A stretch of DNA of 64,000 bases from Marsupella aquatica. Taxonomy: Eukaryota > Plantae > Marchantiophyta. The translations under genes and the position numbers were made by a program. The notes beneath the pieces were generated by a model. The model saw only the letters and a list, made by a program, of their open reading frames with translations, did not search any database and had not been told where the DNA came from. The stretch covers positions 18,735,292 through 18,799,291 of the forward strand of contig OZ316898.1 of assembly GCA_973895155.1 (NCBI GenBank), given 5' to 3'. Positions 38,801 through 50,639 of the stretch are shown piece by piece; position 1 is the first letter of the stretch; every line of letters begins with the position of its first letter.

Positions 38801-40888
38801 TTTCTTTTGCACCATAGATTGCCTTCTAACATGGATGAATAAGATTTCTAGAGGCATTACAAAATGGACGGCAAGATCGTAAAATCAACAAAATCGACGG
38901 CTAGGAAGGCTTGGATTTGTTTAATTTTTCATTTGAAAAATATTAAATCATTTGCAAAACGGACAGAACCCATCCATAGATCTATTTGAGATCTTTCTTT
39001 TGAGCCATAGATTGGCCATTATGATGGACGGACGAGATTTTCGGAGATAAGAAATGGAGACGGCTCAGATCGACTCTTCCCCCTGATTTTATTAGCCAAG
39101 GGGTCCACGAACTAATTTTTTGCACTATTAGATGTAGATTACATTTTTAGCATACAAATACTACAAAAAATAGTATCAGATCATTTTTTAATTGTATGAT
39201 AATGAGATGGAAAGTGCAAAATCATGATTGTTATGTGTGCATTTTAAATTCTTTTTATTTATCATATTGCAATGGAAAATGTATATCATTGATGTTACAC
39301 TCTTATTTAATTTTTTTAACTATCATGATGCGATAAAGACTATACATTGAATTTATCTTAATGCAATAAATTTAATGCACATCATTAAGTCAAGCTTGTG
39401 TTTGAAACATTTCTCGCAGGGTTTGAAAATCTTCTTCATATGCTTTCCATAATTGTTTATCAAATATTTAATAGGTCCAAAAATGAGCACTCAAGTTTCC
39501 AAACTTAAACCTTTGTAGGTGAAAGCAATAAATCAGAAAATTGACAAACTATTATTTTATTTGGACAAAAAATTCAAATCATATTTGTAATCAAAGCATG
39601 AGAGTACATTGAAGAATTGTTAATTCATGTGGAGGAAAAGAGACAAGAGGATGGAAAAGTTCAAGGATTTTTACATATGATGTGACCAAATGTTCATTGA
39701 AACAAGATGATGGTTGTTCTTGTGATCTGCACAAAAACCATTGGATTTCTGCAGTTGGCTATCTAATCAATATGAAATTGCTTTTAATAAAGTTCCTCAA
39801 TGCTGATCAAAATGGAATCCAATAACTCTTCATAAAGCACCATGAGCTTTTATTTTGCATTGCAATCCATTGTAGGGTCCAGGCTGGACTATGGCGCACA
39901 ATAGCAACCTTTATTGTGGAAGATAGTTGACTTTTTCTCAAATTTTTTACAGAAGAGAGATTTGATTATTCAAACTGTCATTTAGCAAGTCAAAAGCATA
40001 TTTAGTTTGGTCTTAACCTAAGTGATTGTTGTGACTAGCTGAACTTGTTATGTAAAATCTTTTATAGCTTTTGTAATTGTAAGTGGGTCATATGCTGGTA
40101 AGTTTGTCAACAACATGGTGTTTTGTGTTGTGGGGTATAGGTGGTATTCACCATCGTCAATAATTTTTTCAATGGACATTCAATATCAAGAATCAGCACA
40201 TGCAGCACTCTACAATTAGATATAGTGGTTTTAGAAGCAGTCATACCTTCTTTACAAAACAATGAATATTCTACAAGAAATTCAAACGATTAGAAATATT
40301 AGTGGAGACAGATCTTATTTTATTTTCTTCAGATGAGCGGTTCCACGTTATTAATGGTTACTTTGGAAAACACTTCTTTGTCCTCGCATGCCCCACAGTG
40401 TCCCAAGCTTTCTCTGTCCCTTGTGCAAATGCAACAATTGTCTTGTCTTCATCCCCTTTTTTTGATTGAGACTGCCCGAGAAACTATAATCGCCTCTAGT
40501 TGAGTAATTGGAAGCTAAGTGTCACCTAATTCAGCCAACAATGATCACTGAACTAAGTTTTCTTACTTAGTAAGCTTGCTAATCTAGTTGCCTTTGAGGA
40601 GTCATTGCTCCTGTGAACAACACGAGAATTGACTAGCATTGCAAAGGATCAAAGGAGAGACAAACCTCTAGACCAATCTGAAACCAGGAGGTACAACCAT
40701 CAGGCCAAACCTAAGGAAAATTCCTATGCACAGGCCTTTGTGTACTGATAGTGGTTTCTAAAGGGTTGCGAGTAGGCTTAGGGGTGATTTGCTAGGTTCT
40801 CTATGCCTAATATGGTTTTGTACACAACTCCGCGTAAGAAAGAGTATATGTTATATGCAGAGTTGTGGTTTAACGTAAACTGAAGTCT

Positions 40889-41121
40889 CATGGACCTTTC
40901 ATCGACCATAGTTGGATCGATGGACCAGAAAGTTCATGTAGACTTTTCTGGTCCATTGATCTAACTATGGTCTGACAAAGAGCTTGGATCCATGGACCTT
41001 TCATCGACCGTAGTTGCATCGAAGGACCAGAAAGTTCATGTAGACTTTTCTGGTCCATTGATCTTAACTATGGTCTGACAAAGTCCTTGGATCCATGGAC
41101 CAGAAAAGTCTAGATGAACTG
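40889..41121. repeat. Tandem pair of ~102-bp foldback units plus an inverted partial third copy
   Basis: Stems gaccatagttggatcgatggaccagaaagt / acttttctggtccattgatctaactatggtc at 40904-40972 and 41006-41075. Confidence 0.88.
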
Positions 41122-41569
41122 TACTAAGACCTTTTTTTTGGTAGTACTCAAATATTTCTCTATGTTCAACAGTGACCTGGTTTATCCCTGCAACAAAGTT
41201 CATGAGGAGTGGTCCACCCAAGCATTACTGTCCCCCACAGAGGATGAGGTATTGATGGTGAGGCAAGGCACAAAGGGCAACAGTGAGGCAAGGACGGCAA
41301 GGCTGGAGGTCCACCTCGGGCACCTACCGGTGCGCAGTCGCCCTTTCCTTTGACAAATATTTAAAAATAAAAAGTCATGGAGGCATTGGTGAAATTTTCT
41401 TCTGGCCAATCAAACAGTGACAAAAAATTCCCCCAAAAAATGGTTTTCAGTAACGGTCACTATTTCTTGTGCCAAGACTAGATGGCAAAGGATCATCCGA
41501 TGGGATTGGATGTAGTGCATGGATTATCCAAGTTAGGAGCTTTGTTTTCGAACCAATATTTTGACCCAG

Positions 41570-41678
41570 AAATTTTCTTGTAGAATATTTCTTGGTGATT
41601 TCTTGTAAAATTCTTGTAGAATATTCTTGGTGATATTTTGTGTAGAATTCTTGTAAAATATTCTTGTAGAATATTCAT
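41570..41678. repeat. AT-rich degenerate short tandem repeat (ttcttgtagaatat-like)
   Basis: Multiple ttcttgta(g/a)aa copies. Confidence 0.8.
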
Positions 41679-41786
41679 ATGTTAGACGCCGTAGTGAGAA
41701 AAAGTTGCATACACGGGTGGCCCGAGTGCACCATGACAGGGTTGATGTGGGCCAACATTTTTGGGGGTAGTGAATTATGAGACGGG

Positions 41787-42039
41787 TTGCAGGTGCAAAT
41801 GCCAATGGTCTATTACCTCCTGGTTTTAGGTCTTTTGTTTGTGGTCATTGTAATCATGGTCGGGCGGGGGTTTCGGTCAAAATTCCCAGCGCGTGATTGG
41901 TCGGGCACCGATTTGCAGGTGCAAATGCCAATGGCCTATTACCTCCTGGTTTTAGGTCTTTTGTTTGTGGTCATTGTAATCATGGTCGGGCAGGGGTTTT
42001 GGTCAAAATTTCCAGGCGTGATTGGTCGGGCACCGATTG
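41787..42039. repeat. 126-bp tandem duplication
   Basis: ttgcaggtgcaaatgccaatgg...gcgtgattggtcgggcaccgatt occurs twice. Confidence 0.92.
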
Positions 42040-42274
42040 TCCGGAGGCCCGGGCACCTATACTCAAACTCCCTATATGTGAAATGCCCTACAGTAGATGT
42101 TGGCTGCCCCGACCAAACTAAATCTGCGATTCTCAAAGTGGGCACGTGGTCCAGTAACATGACTGGATTAGGTTGCTTCCTTCATTTGCTTGCATCCCAT
42201 TCGACGAAATGCCAAAGTGGGATCTGCTCTTGCGACGAACGTCACTTGTTGCTTGCCGACCCGATACGCGTTGC

Positions 42275-42407
42275 GTATCAGGATTGTCCAGGCGATGTCC
42301 GCCACGTCTGCACTCTGGCCCCCATGGAGCTGAAATTCCTCGTATCAGGATGGTCCGGGCGATGTCCGCCACGTCTGCACTCTGGCCCCCATGGAGCAGA
42401 AATTCCC
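42275..42407. repeat. 66-bp tandem duplication
   Basis: cgtatcaggat.gtcc.ggcgatgtccgccacgtctgcactctggcccccatggagc.gaaattcc occurs twice. Confidence 0.92.
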
Positions 42408-42623
42408 TTACGTTCAAAATGTAGAGGAAACACCCGATGAAAGCTTCCTCGATTCCTCGACTCTGCAACTTTTACAGAATTGGGCAAATGCTCTACTACT
42501 GTAGACTATGCCCATCGACACTCGTACTAACTAAGATTGCATTATCCATGATCTCTACGCGCTGAGCGATGATTGGCAGGAATGTGTGTACACCTGAGAA
42601 AGAATCATGTGCTGCACCTTCTT

Positions 42624-43040
42624 CTAATTTTTTAGCTCAGCGTAGATTTCAGTGTACAGTCTTTGGACTTTGGTCGTCTCGACCTTTTTCTTGAGGCCTT
42701 CATTTGTCTCGAATGTAACTGTTGTAGTGTGCTGGATTTCTACTGTGAAGGTGTTTCTGACGACTGGGTAGTTTCCTAGAAGCATGGAGCGTTGCAGACA
42801 AGCTTTAAACTTGGGTGGATTGTCTATGGAGCTGACTTTGAAGCTTGAAGAAGACCCCAAGGTGTACTGCATTGCTTTGCCAAAGCCAGTTTCTTGCCGG
42901 ATGCGACCCAGTTCGTCGCCATGGGAGAGCTGCAGAGCGTCTCTAACAAGAAAAGTCAACTTACTCTCTTCCAATGGCTGGTACCCCTGGTTGAAGACAG
43001 TCGTGGGGCTCGATCTTCTCCTCCTCTTCCTGGCTGGCAT
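42624..43040 (-). CDS. Hypothetical protein, 138 aa, basic N-terminus
   Basis: ATG-initiated ORF MPARKRRRRSSP... with protein-like composition; TATATA on the minus strand at ~43422-43427; no recognisable domain. Confidence 0.35.
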   Translation of the reverse strand: MPARKRRRRSSPTTVFNQGYQPLEESKLTFLVRDALQLSHGDELGRIRQETGFGKAMQYTLGSSSSFKVSSIDNPPKFKACLQRSMLLGNYPVVRNTFTVEIQHTTTVTFETNEGLKKKVETTKVQRLYTEIYAELKN

Positions 43041-46000
43041 AGGATTCCACTCGGAATGGACTGGAAGCACCCGGAAATTATATTCTGTCGGTTTCCAAGG
43101 GAATGGTTCTGTCTAGTCTGGTATTTGGTCGGTTGGCTGCTCTTATCGGTCGATTCTGCGACCATTTGTCTACACTGAGATTTGGACAACGACAGTCTGG
43201 TGTCTGCTCATGAGGTCGATCGCTAGTTACTTCGGATTGAAGAAGTGGACGACATTGCGTGTGATTGAGCAAGCTTAGTCTCGTACTCAGTTCTAACATA
43301 TGGTCCGAATCACGCAGTCTGCTTGTTCCCAGCTAGACTTCCCCACATAATGAATCTATACTTTGTTCGGGGAAGACTTGCTTGATCCTCATAAATTAGC
43401 AGGTGGATGATAAGGGAAACCTATATACCTTGAGCGGCTCATGGGACAATCATGCATTTACACCTCATGTTCAGGTTTTGGTCGCTTTGATGTGACAAAG
43501 GCTGATGTGAGACGGTTAGCGAGGAGACCGAACGAAAGGATGTTGCCTAGAATTGCTCTGATTTACTGACAGGTTTACCGATGGAGCAGTAAACGGTCTA
43601 CCGATGTTCTATAATTCTCCATTACAACAAGCTGTGGCTCTTACCTGCAATCTCGGTCGTACATATTTGTGCTCATCTACTACAATAAAGTGATTGTTGG
43701 ATAAGCTTTTCGAGACTAAATAGCTAGCAATAGAAAGATTCTGTTTGTTTAATTCCTTTCAGCAAAAGAAAGATGTCGTTGGATGTTCACAATAAAATAT
43801 AGTAGCCAAAGTGCTTGTTGCTACATAGTGCAAAGGAGCCTTTAACGGGGACCACAGAGACCAAATCAGAAAGTGAGAATCACCCGCCAATTAATGCAGG
43901 GAAAGGGTCCTGCAATCGAACCACGAATATTTGGATGCTTTAACATAAGCTTTGAGCTTTTGCAGGTATCCGAATCATGATGAGATCCATGTCCCCCCCC
44001 TCCCCTCCAGTCACTCTTGTGCAGAAGCTGCAAAGTATTACCTTTGCCGGTCTAGAGGACGTGGCACCTCGGTGACTCCGAAAGACTTCCTGCATAATGG
44101 ATGTTCCCGTCGACGTTGTGTAATGGCACATGCACTTCTAACTTTCCTGGTGAGCCTTTACGAAAAAGTGGCCCCTCACGAAGACTCTGCGATGGTAGGT
44201 ATCCATTCATCTTCTTATTGGTGTGATGCGTTCCTTCAACTGTAGCATGCTCCGGTTGAGATGCCACCTAGCGACGCGGTCAGAGGTGCCACCCTTCATA
44301 GCAATCGCAGCGGTTAGTAACTTGAGAACTTACAAAGATTGTAAAAGCTGAAGTTTAGCAGAAGCAAATTGGTGATTGATGCACGGAACATTTCTGTGTA
44401 TGTTTGTGGTCTGACTGTCTGAGTCGAGGGAGCTAAATTTGGAACAAGTGATTGGAACTCCGGGTATCCGCGTCGATGGGTCTACTCTAGGTGGCGCTGG
44501 CCTGCCAAAAACATCTGAAGCGGACCTCAGGCTGCCTATGTGTTGAGCCAATTATTGATTGCTGTGCAGTATTGAGACCCCGGTCCTAAATCGAAAGTCT
44601 GTCTGTCTATGGTCTGGTCCGACGAGGATGTCTGATTGTCTGGTCTTTGCTCCAGGACATGAGACAAGGGGACAACCTTTATAAAGAGAATTCAATTCAC
44701 CAATACCATGCACTGGAATACACACTATATAGAACTAGTGGTCTCTGCATAAGTGCATATCTCTGTCAGGAGTCCCTTTACGCCATGCTAGCTGTTGAAG
44801 TGCGCAATGCCCCAGACTGATCGAATGTGGGAAACATACTGTCTCCTCAAATGGGCTCTTTCCTTCTCCTGTCAGAATCTTTCGGCCAAGCTGGTCAAAC
44901 CTTTAGATTTTTGTTCTCTGATAAGTCTCAGGCTCTCCGGACACTGCCTCGCAAGGCCGAGCGAGGGTAAGGGTTTTCATGTTCATCTCAAGGCAAAGTT
45001 CCTTTGGCTTGTAGTGACTTTATAATCAAGTTCCTCCTCTTTAGTCTTTGTCAGACTCTTTTGCATTCCATGACGACTTTCCCCATCCCCTTTTACTCTT
45101 TGGTGTGATCTTCTTCGATTCCCATGGTTCGACGAGTTAATATTTCGTCAGGCTGGAGAGAAGACACCTCGATTTTCATGTAGAGTGTCAGTTGTGAAAT
45201 GCTACTTTACCGATTTGGAGTTTTTCTTCAGCATTGCACAGTCAGCTCATTTGTCGATACAACTTACGTCTCAATAGCTTTTTCTGCGGCACTAGCACGG
45301 TGAGTTTGTCTCGACAGCAAGAGATCGAAGAATCCTTTCTCTCTCTCCCCGTAAAATGTGGTCGAATGGACACTTGAGGTATTGATTACTGTTATTATTT
45401 GGTAGTCATTTGCTCAGCACTGGCACGGCTGCTTTGGGGATGACACTCTTAAGTACCATCCCTTTCCTACATTGTCGGCAGAGCTGAATTGTCCTCAATG
45501 ACAATTGGGTTTTACATATTTCATGTACTTACTTGCGGAGCTCAACATTGGCCCGCTTGTCTGTGTTTGAACTAGTTGAAGGCGTATTATTATTACAAAT
45601 ACTTGACTCCCTAAACGTAACTCTTATCTCTGATTGTCTCTATTACAGCTGTAGGACCATGCCCCATTGTTTGGTCGTGTGTTCTGTAGTCCTGTCATAA
45701 TTCGGACGTTCTTTTAAGCTCACGTGCTCCTCCGATTCTCGTGAAGAGCTTTGTGGTTCAATTAGTGCGGTATTTCAGAGACTCCGTATGCATATTATTG
45801 ACTCAAAGAGTCATTGGCTCCGGTGGCCAAATTATTGGCTCCGAGTCATTGGAATACCGGAGTTCCGAAGTTCGATTATCTTCTTTTTGCTGCAATGGCG
45901 CCAGATACTCCGGGATGTCTTCGCAAAAATAGTGCAACTCATGCCTCTGATTTTGTGCATTGCAGCTGTAAGACCATTCCCCACTTTTTAGTGTTTTCAT

Positions 46001-48466
46001 CCTCCTTTCGTCTCGGATTCCACTCTTCGGGTCTTCTTTGTCTGACTCATGTCTTTAGCGCTTTGTGGGTTCAATGAGTAGAGTATTCCAATGACTCTGG
46101 TACTCCAATATCCTCCAATATACTCCTGACAGTCAACCAGAGAATGTCAAACCCGAGCTACCTGTCGATTCAACCTCGGTAAGACTTAGTAATCGAAATG
46201 TTCATGGAATCTTTCCTTGGCTGAAACTGCTTAATTTTTGTTATCTGTATGCCACGAGAGCAATTGTGTTGAGTGGATTTCTTACGGCTAACAACTAAAC
46301 GTTCAAATTATAGAAGAATGACTCGGGCATCGAAGTTACAATGCGATGAGAATGCTGGCATTTCCCAAATAGTGATGTATAATACTCGATTAAATACATT
46401 AAAACCAATGAAGATGCGAGATCTCCTTACTTACCTCTCATAACCTATGTTGGGGTTTGGGCCTTCATTTTTGAATGATTTGAGTCCTTAACTGAAAAGC
46501 TACAGAATTGACTCATTTGACACCTCTGCCGAATGATCGATTGTTTGTCAATTCCACGATTGTCTCCTTGACAACTGACGAATCCGAGGTATGAGTTGCG
46601 AAAAACAACCGTCAAGAGTACCTATGCCGAGATGGAGACTGTTATAATAAAATAACCATATGGTTAATCCTGCTCCGAGCTGCAAAGACTAGCATGGACT
46701 TTGAGGCTTGCAAACATTCCTTCTTGTCCGTCGATTAAGCTTAATGATTTTGTTCATTTGCCGGTCCGGCGTTTGCAGAGATATGAGTTGCTGGACGAAA
46801 TACCGCAGGATTCAAGTCTGCTCGTGCCAACAGAGAAAAACCCACTCTCAATGTCGTGGTGCTGTTGAACTTTACAGGACCCTTATCGAACCTCCACTTC
46901 TGAGAATTACACGCATGATGATAGGAGACAGTTGAAGAAAATGATGAAATATTGGGGCGGCTTGCTGCTCATCGGGGATGCTCTCCATCTTTAAACTTGA
47001 CTTCAACAACCAAGAAGTCCGCAATTTCCGCAAAGGTCGCAGCCCCTGGACGGTGGTGCATGCTAGGAGCCAGACGTATTTACTCAGAACAGGTCTTGCT
47101 GTGAGGTCAAGATCACGAGACAAATAATGCAACTCATCCGCTTAAAGACTTGCCGTAAGAGAAAACAAAACTGTTCCTAGGAGGGTGTGTTTCATCTCTC
47201 AAAGAAAACTTAAAACGTGTCGTTGTCACCGACGAGAGATGATGTGCTGTGTCATGTTCCCTGGGCAAAGTAACTACAGACATTGACATCCATAATCTTA
47301 CAGCCTCGCCTGTATTTCAACCAGGCGCAAATCTCAAGTACAAAATAATTATAAAACTATAATTTGCACTACAGAAAGACGGTTGTATCCGGTTAGTTGA
47401 TGAGGAATAAGGAAAGCCACGCAAGCGAAGATAATGCCGAGGGGCAATCATGTCACTAGTTTTGTCGAAACAATCGTGAATCCAGCAATTGCAGGGTTCT
47501 CAAGGACGATCGTGGAAAAGTAACTAAGACAGACTAATAACTACTGTGAATTCCATGGAACGTGGCGAGCAGGGTGCACAGACAAGTAAGTCCACGGAAT
47601 GCTTTAGCGCAGATCGGGCGAATTATCAACGAGAATTCATGGAAAGCGGATCTGTGGGCCCAAGTAACACGTAAACTCTATGGAAAGCAGCTAGTAAGTA
47701 GGCCGAGCTAGCAAGCAAAATCCTGGAATAGTGCCCAATAGTTGTAACTGAGCAGTGAAAGCCCGGAAAAGTGGCTTGCCAGCTGAACTCACGAGCAAAA
47801 TCCTGGAAAGGAGACCCAACTTGGCTGGACTCAATCGCGAGTGACTCCTTCAAAACGCAATCTCAAGGACGAAATTGAGATCTCATTCATACGAGCATTC
47901 CTCAAGAATAAAGTACACGAACTGATTGCATAGCCATGGCGTCCTTTGGGACGAGTCTTTTCATTATTCGCGTTGTAGATCATGTGATCCACCGAATGAC
48001 AAGATCATGTGATCTACCAATTACAACAACTTTGCCGTTTTTCAACTTTGGCGGATAATCCGATCCTAAACCGTCTGAAAAAAGCTAGACAGCAAGTCTC
48101 GACTCTGCTTGTCCCTCAGTGGTGACATTTACAAGAACAAGAGGGACAAGTACCGCCGGTAGTGTCGTTGTTGGGACTTGACGTGACGTGAATCGAAGGG
48201 GTCTAATTGCTCCCCGAAAGAATTGCTTGATATCCGATGCTGAGGAAGGTTTTCTCTGCTCTGCTCCTACATTTCTACGTATCGTACACGACAGCTGGTT
48301 CCTGGCAAATTGATTGCCGACAGCCCAGCTACCAGTGGTTCATCTTCCTCGGGTGTTCACTTAAATTTGATCTACTGAAGTGCCTCTACACGGGTATAGC
48401 ACAGCTCTGATTGCAACCCGAATTCTATCAAAACTCTAAATTGTTTAAGATATAATCTAACAATGA

Positions 48467-49702
48467 TCAGGGATCGCAGTTCTGTAATCTGTGCCGTAAT
48501 AGCAAAAGGAGGAAGGAAGCTCTATGCCTACTTTGCCAGCTGATTCTGCTGTCACCAGCTTCAGCAAAATTTGACAACTGAGTCAAGATGCCCGCCAACG
48601 CAGCTGCTTCATCGACACAATTCTCCGGATAACTTTGGCAGAGTGTCCAAAGGCAAGAGATTGCCTTTTCAGAGGCAAAGTCATCTCCCAAGCTGATAAT
48701 CCTCCCCAGAACGGGCACAATGAGGGCATGTGCACTGACTGCCTCCCTCCCCTCCGCGCACGAGCAGAGAAGCTCGAGTAGGCTTGTGAGGGCACGTACT
48801 TTACTCCTCTGCTCGGCTTCCGGAAGCCTCTCCACCACAGCAAACACGACCCCTGCTTTCACCGCTCTGATCAGATTTCTCTCCGGGCCCTCGTAGATGA
48901 TTGCTAGCAACGTCTTCAATCCAACTCCCATGGCCCTGGCATAGAGATCCTCCGTGATAAGCTGCACCAATCCCTGGAAAACGCCGGCTGTGGCACCCAC
49001 AGAAGATTTCATTTCCACGTCTTGAGAAGCCAAACTGAAGAGCAACAAAGCGGCGTTCACTCTCCCATCCAAGGTCCCTCTATTGAGCAGCCACGAGACG
49101 GTAGTGAGCTGTTTGGTCCCGATGTGGACATCCTTTCTGATGTGCCTCAAAGGGAGGAGAGTCAGAACACCCAGAGCCTCCTCGCAAGCTTGTAAGTTCT
49201 TGCCCAAGTTCTCCGGAGAGAAGACAAAGTTGGCCAGAATTGGAATCGCTCCAGCCTCGCGGAGCACTCTCCTGTTCTCGTGATTGTCCGACTCCTTCGC
49301 CAGACTTCTCAGCTTCCTAAGATTGTTGTAGCGCACCTCTGCTGGAATCGTCTCCCGGGAGATTTCCTGAAGCATCTTCTCCACCTGTTTCGGCTCCGCT
49401 TGCGGCTTAGCACACCTCTGCACTAGAGGAACCTCCTCCGCATCTCCCGAATAGTAATTGTTGGCGCCACACCAGTGCTCAATCAACCTGTTGAGAGTGT
49501 GGTTCGGATGGACCTCCTGCCTCTCGAGCTCCTGCATAGTGATGGGGCAGGTTTTGTGACCGGACTCAAACCATTGCTCGATGCTCCGACGCTCGTACGT
49601 CTGTCCTGTGCTCAATGTCACTGGGTCCTTCATCAACTCCAAACTGATCGGGCACATAAAAAAACTGGGCACTGGTGCTGTTGCTGCGACTGCAGTCACC
49701 AT
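48467..49702 (-). CDS. Plant U-box/ARM-repeat E3 ubiquitin ligase, paralogue 3, 411 aa, intronless
   Basis: VPSFFMCPISLELMKDPVTLSTGQTYERRSIEQWFESGHKTCPIT U-box; ARM region collinear with paralogues 1 and 2. Confidence 0.95.
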   Translation of the reverse strand: MVTAVAATAPVPSFFMCPISLELMKDPVTLSTGQTYERRSIEQWFESGHKTCPITMQELERQEVHPNHTLNRLIEHWCGANNYYSGDAEEVPLVQRCAKPQAEPKQVEKMLQEISRETIPAEVRYNNLRKLRSLAKESDNHENRRVLREAGAIPILANFVFSPENLGKNLQACEEALGVLTLLPLRHIRKDVHIGTKQLTTVSWLLNRGTLDGRVNAALLLFSLASQDVEMKSSVGATAGVFQGLVQLITEDLYARAMGVGLKTLLAIIYEGPERNLIRAVKAGVVFAVVERLPEAEQRSKVRALTSLLELLCSCAEGREAVSAHALIVPVLGRIISLGDDFASEKAISCLWTLCQSYPENCVDEAAALAGILTQLSNFAEAGDSRISWQSRHRASFLLLLLRHRLQNCDP

Positions 49703-50639
49703 CTCCGATCGTTTGTGTTCCTCGGCCCTGGTGCGATGATTAGTGATCAGAACTTCCTCCCACCGCCGCTTCTCCTTCGTGTCCCTCCGTAATCGTGCAT
49801 ACTCACATCACTGCCATACTCGATCCAATTGCCATATCACCAGCAAACTCACGCCGATTCCTCGTCAGACCAGCCAGCAAACTTCCCCACACTTCCCAAT
49901 CTCTCTTCTCTCACCAAAACGAAATCCTGCTCGGAAATCTGCTGCTCTCCGTGACCACCACGGCAATACTCACTCCGATTCCTCTTCACAGCGGCAGCAA
50001 GCAAACCTTCCCCACACCCTGGAATCTTTCTTTCTCTCACCAAAACGAAGTCCTGCTGCACATTTCCTCCAAGACAGACAGGTTCCCTTTCCAAAGAGTA
50101 CAGAATCTCAAACCGCTTCTTGGTGGCCTAACCGTTTCTTCCCCTTTCCACAAGACCCACCTACTTCCCGACGATCATGCGACGCCTATGAATGAATGAA
50201 AGAACCACAAGCAAAAAAATGCGTTCGATCGCCTCTCCCCGGAACTTATTATTGTAAACCACAGCAGAAGCTGAGTCTTTCTCGAGTCTTCTCGAGTCTT
50301 TCTCGAGTCTTTCTCGGTCAGATCTCGACAACTTCCACAGAATGAGCCCACCTGGATTGGGGGCCACTCCAATCGTCGCAGCCGGCTGCTGCGGCGACGA
50401 CAAGAAGAATGTTTTGGAACGCCACCGAAGCTTACGCCAGCTAACTGTAGGCGATCCTACTCTCAGGCTCTCGGCCCACCATGAATGCCTGATTATTTTG
50501 GATCGGTGATCGGGTGATGCCTTCAGCTCGCGAGCTTTCCACAGCAGGTGCACGCCTGTATGATGCTGTCCACACTGTGTGTCACCTCTAGTCCTGTACC
50601 ACTGTCACATTCTGTCTCTCTGTCCCTTAGTAGGACCAG

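Noticed and set aside
38279-39115. Possible MITE bounded by ggacccc/ggggtcc with an internal ~95-bp direct repeat
   Set aside because: The terminal match is too short and no TSD is evident.
41787-42440. 217-aa ORF with a repeated hydrophobic segment
   Set aside because: Explained by 126-bp and 66-bp DNA duplications whose lengths are multiples of three; non-ATG start in the track and no domain.
45843-46097. 15-bp inverted repeat gagtcattggaatac / gtattccaatgactc
   Set aside because: No TSD or further structure to support an element call.
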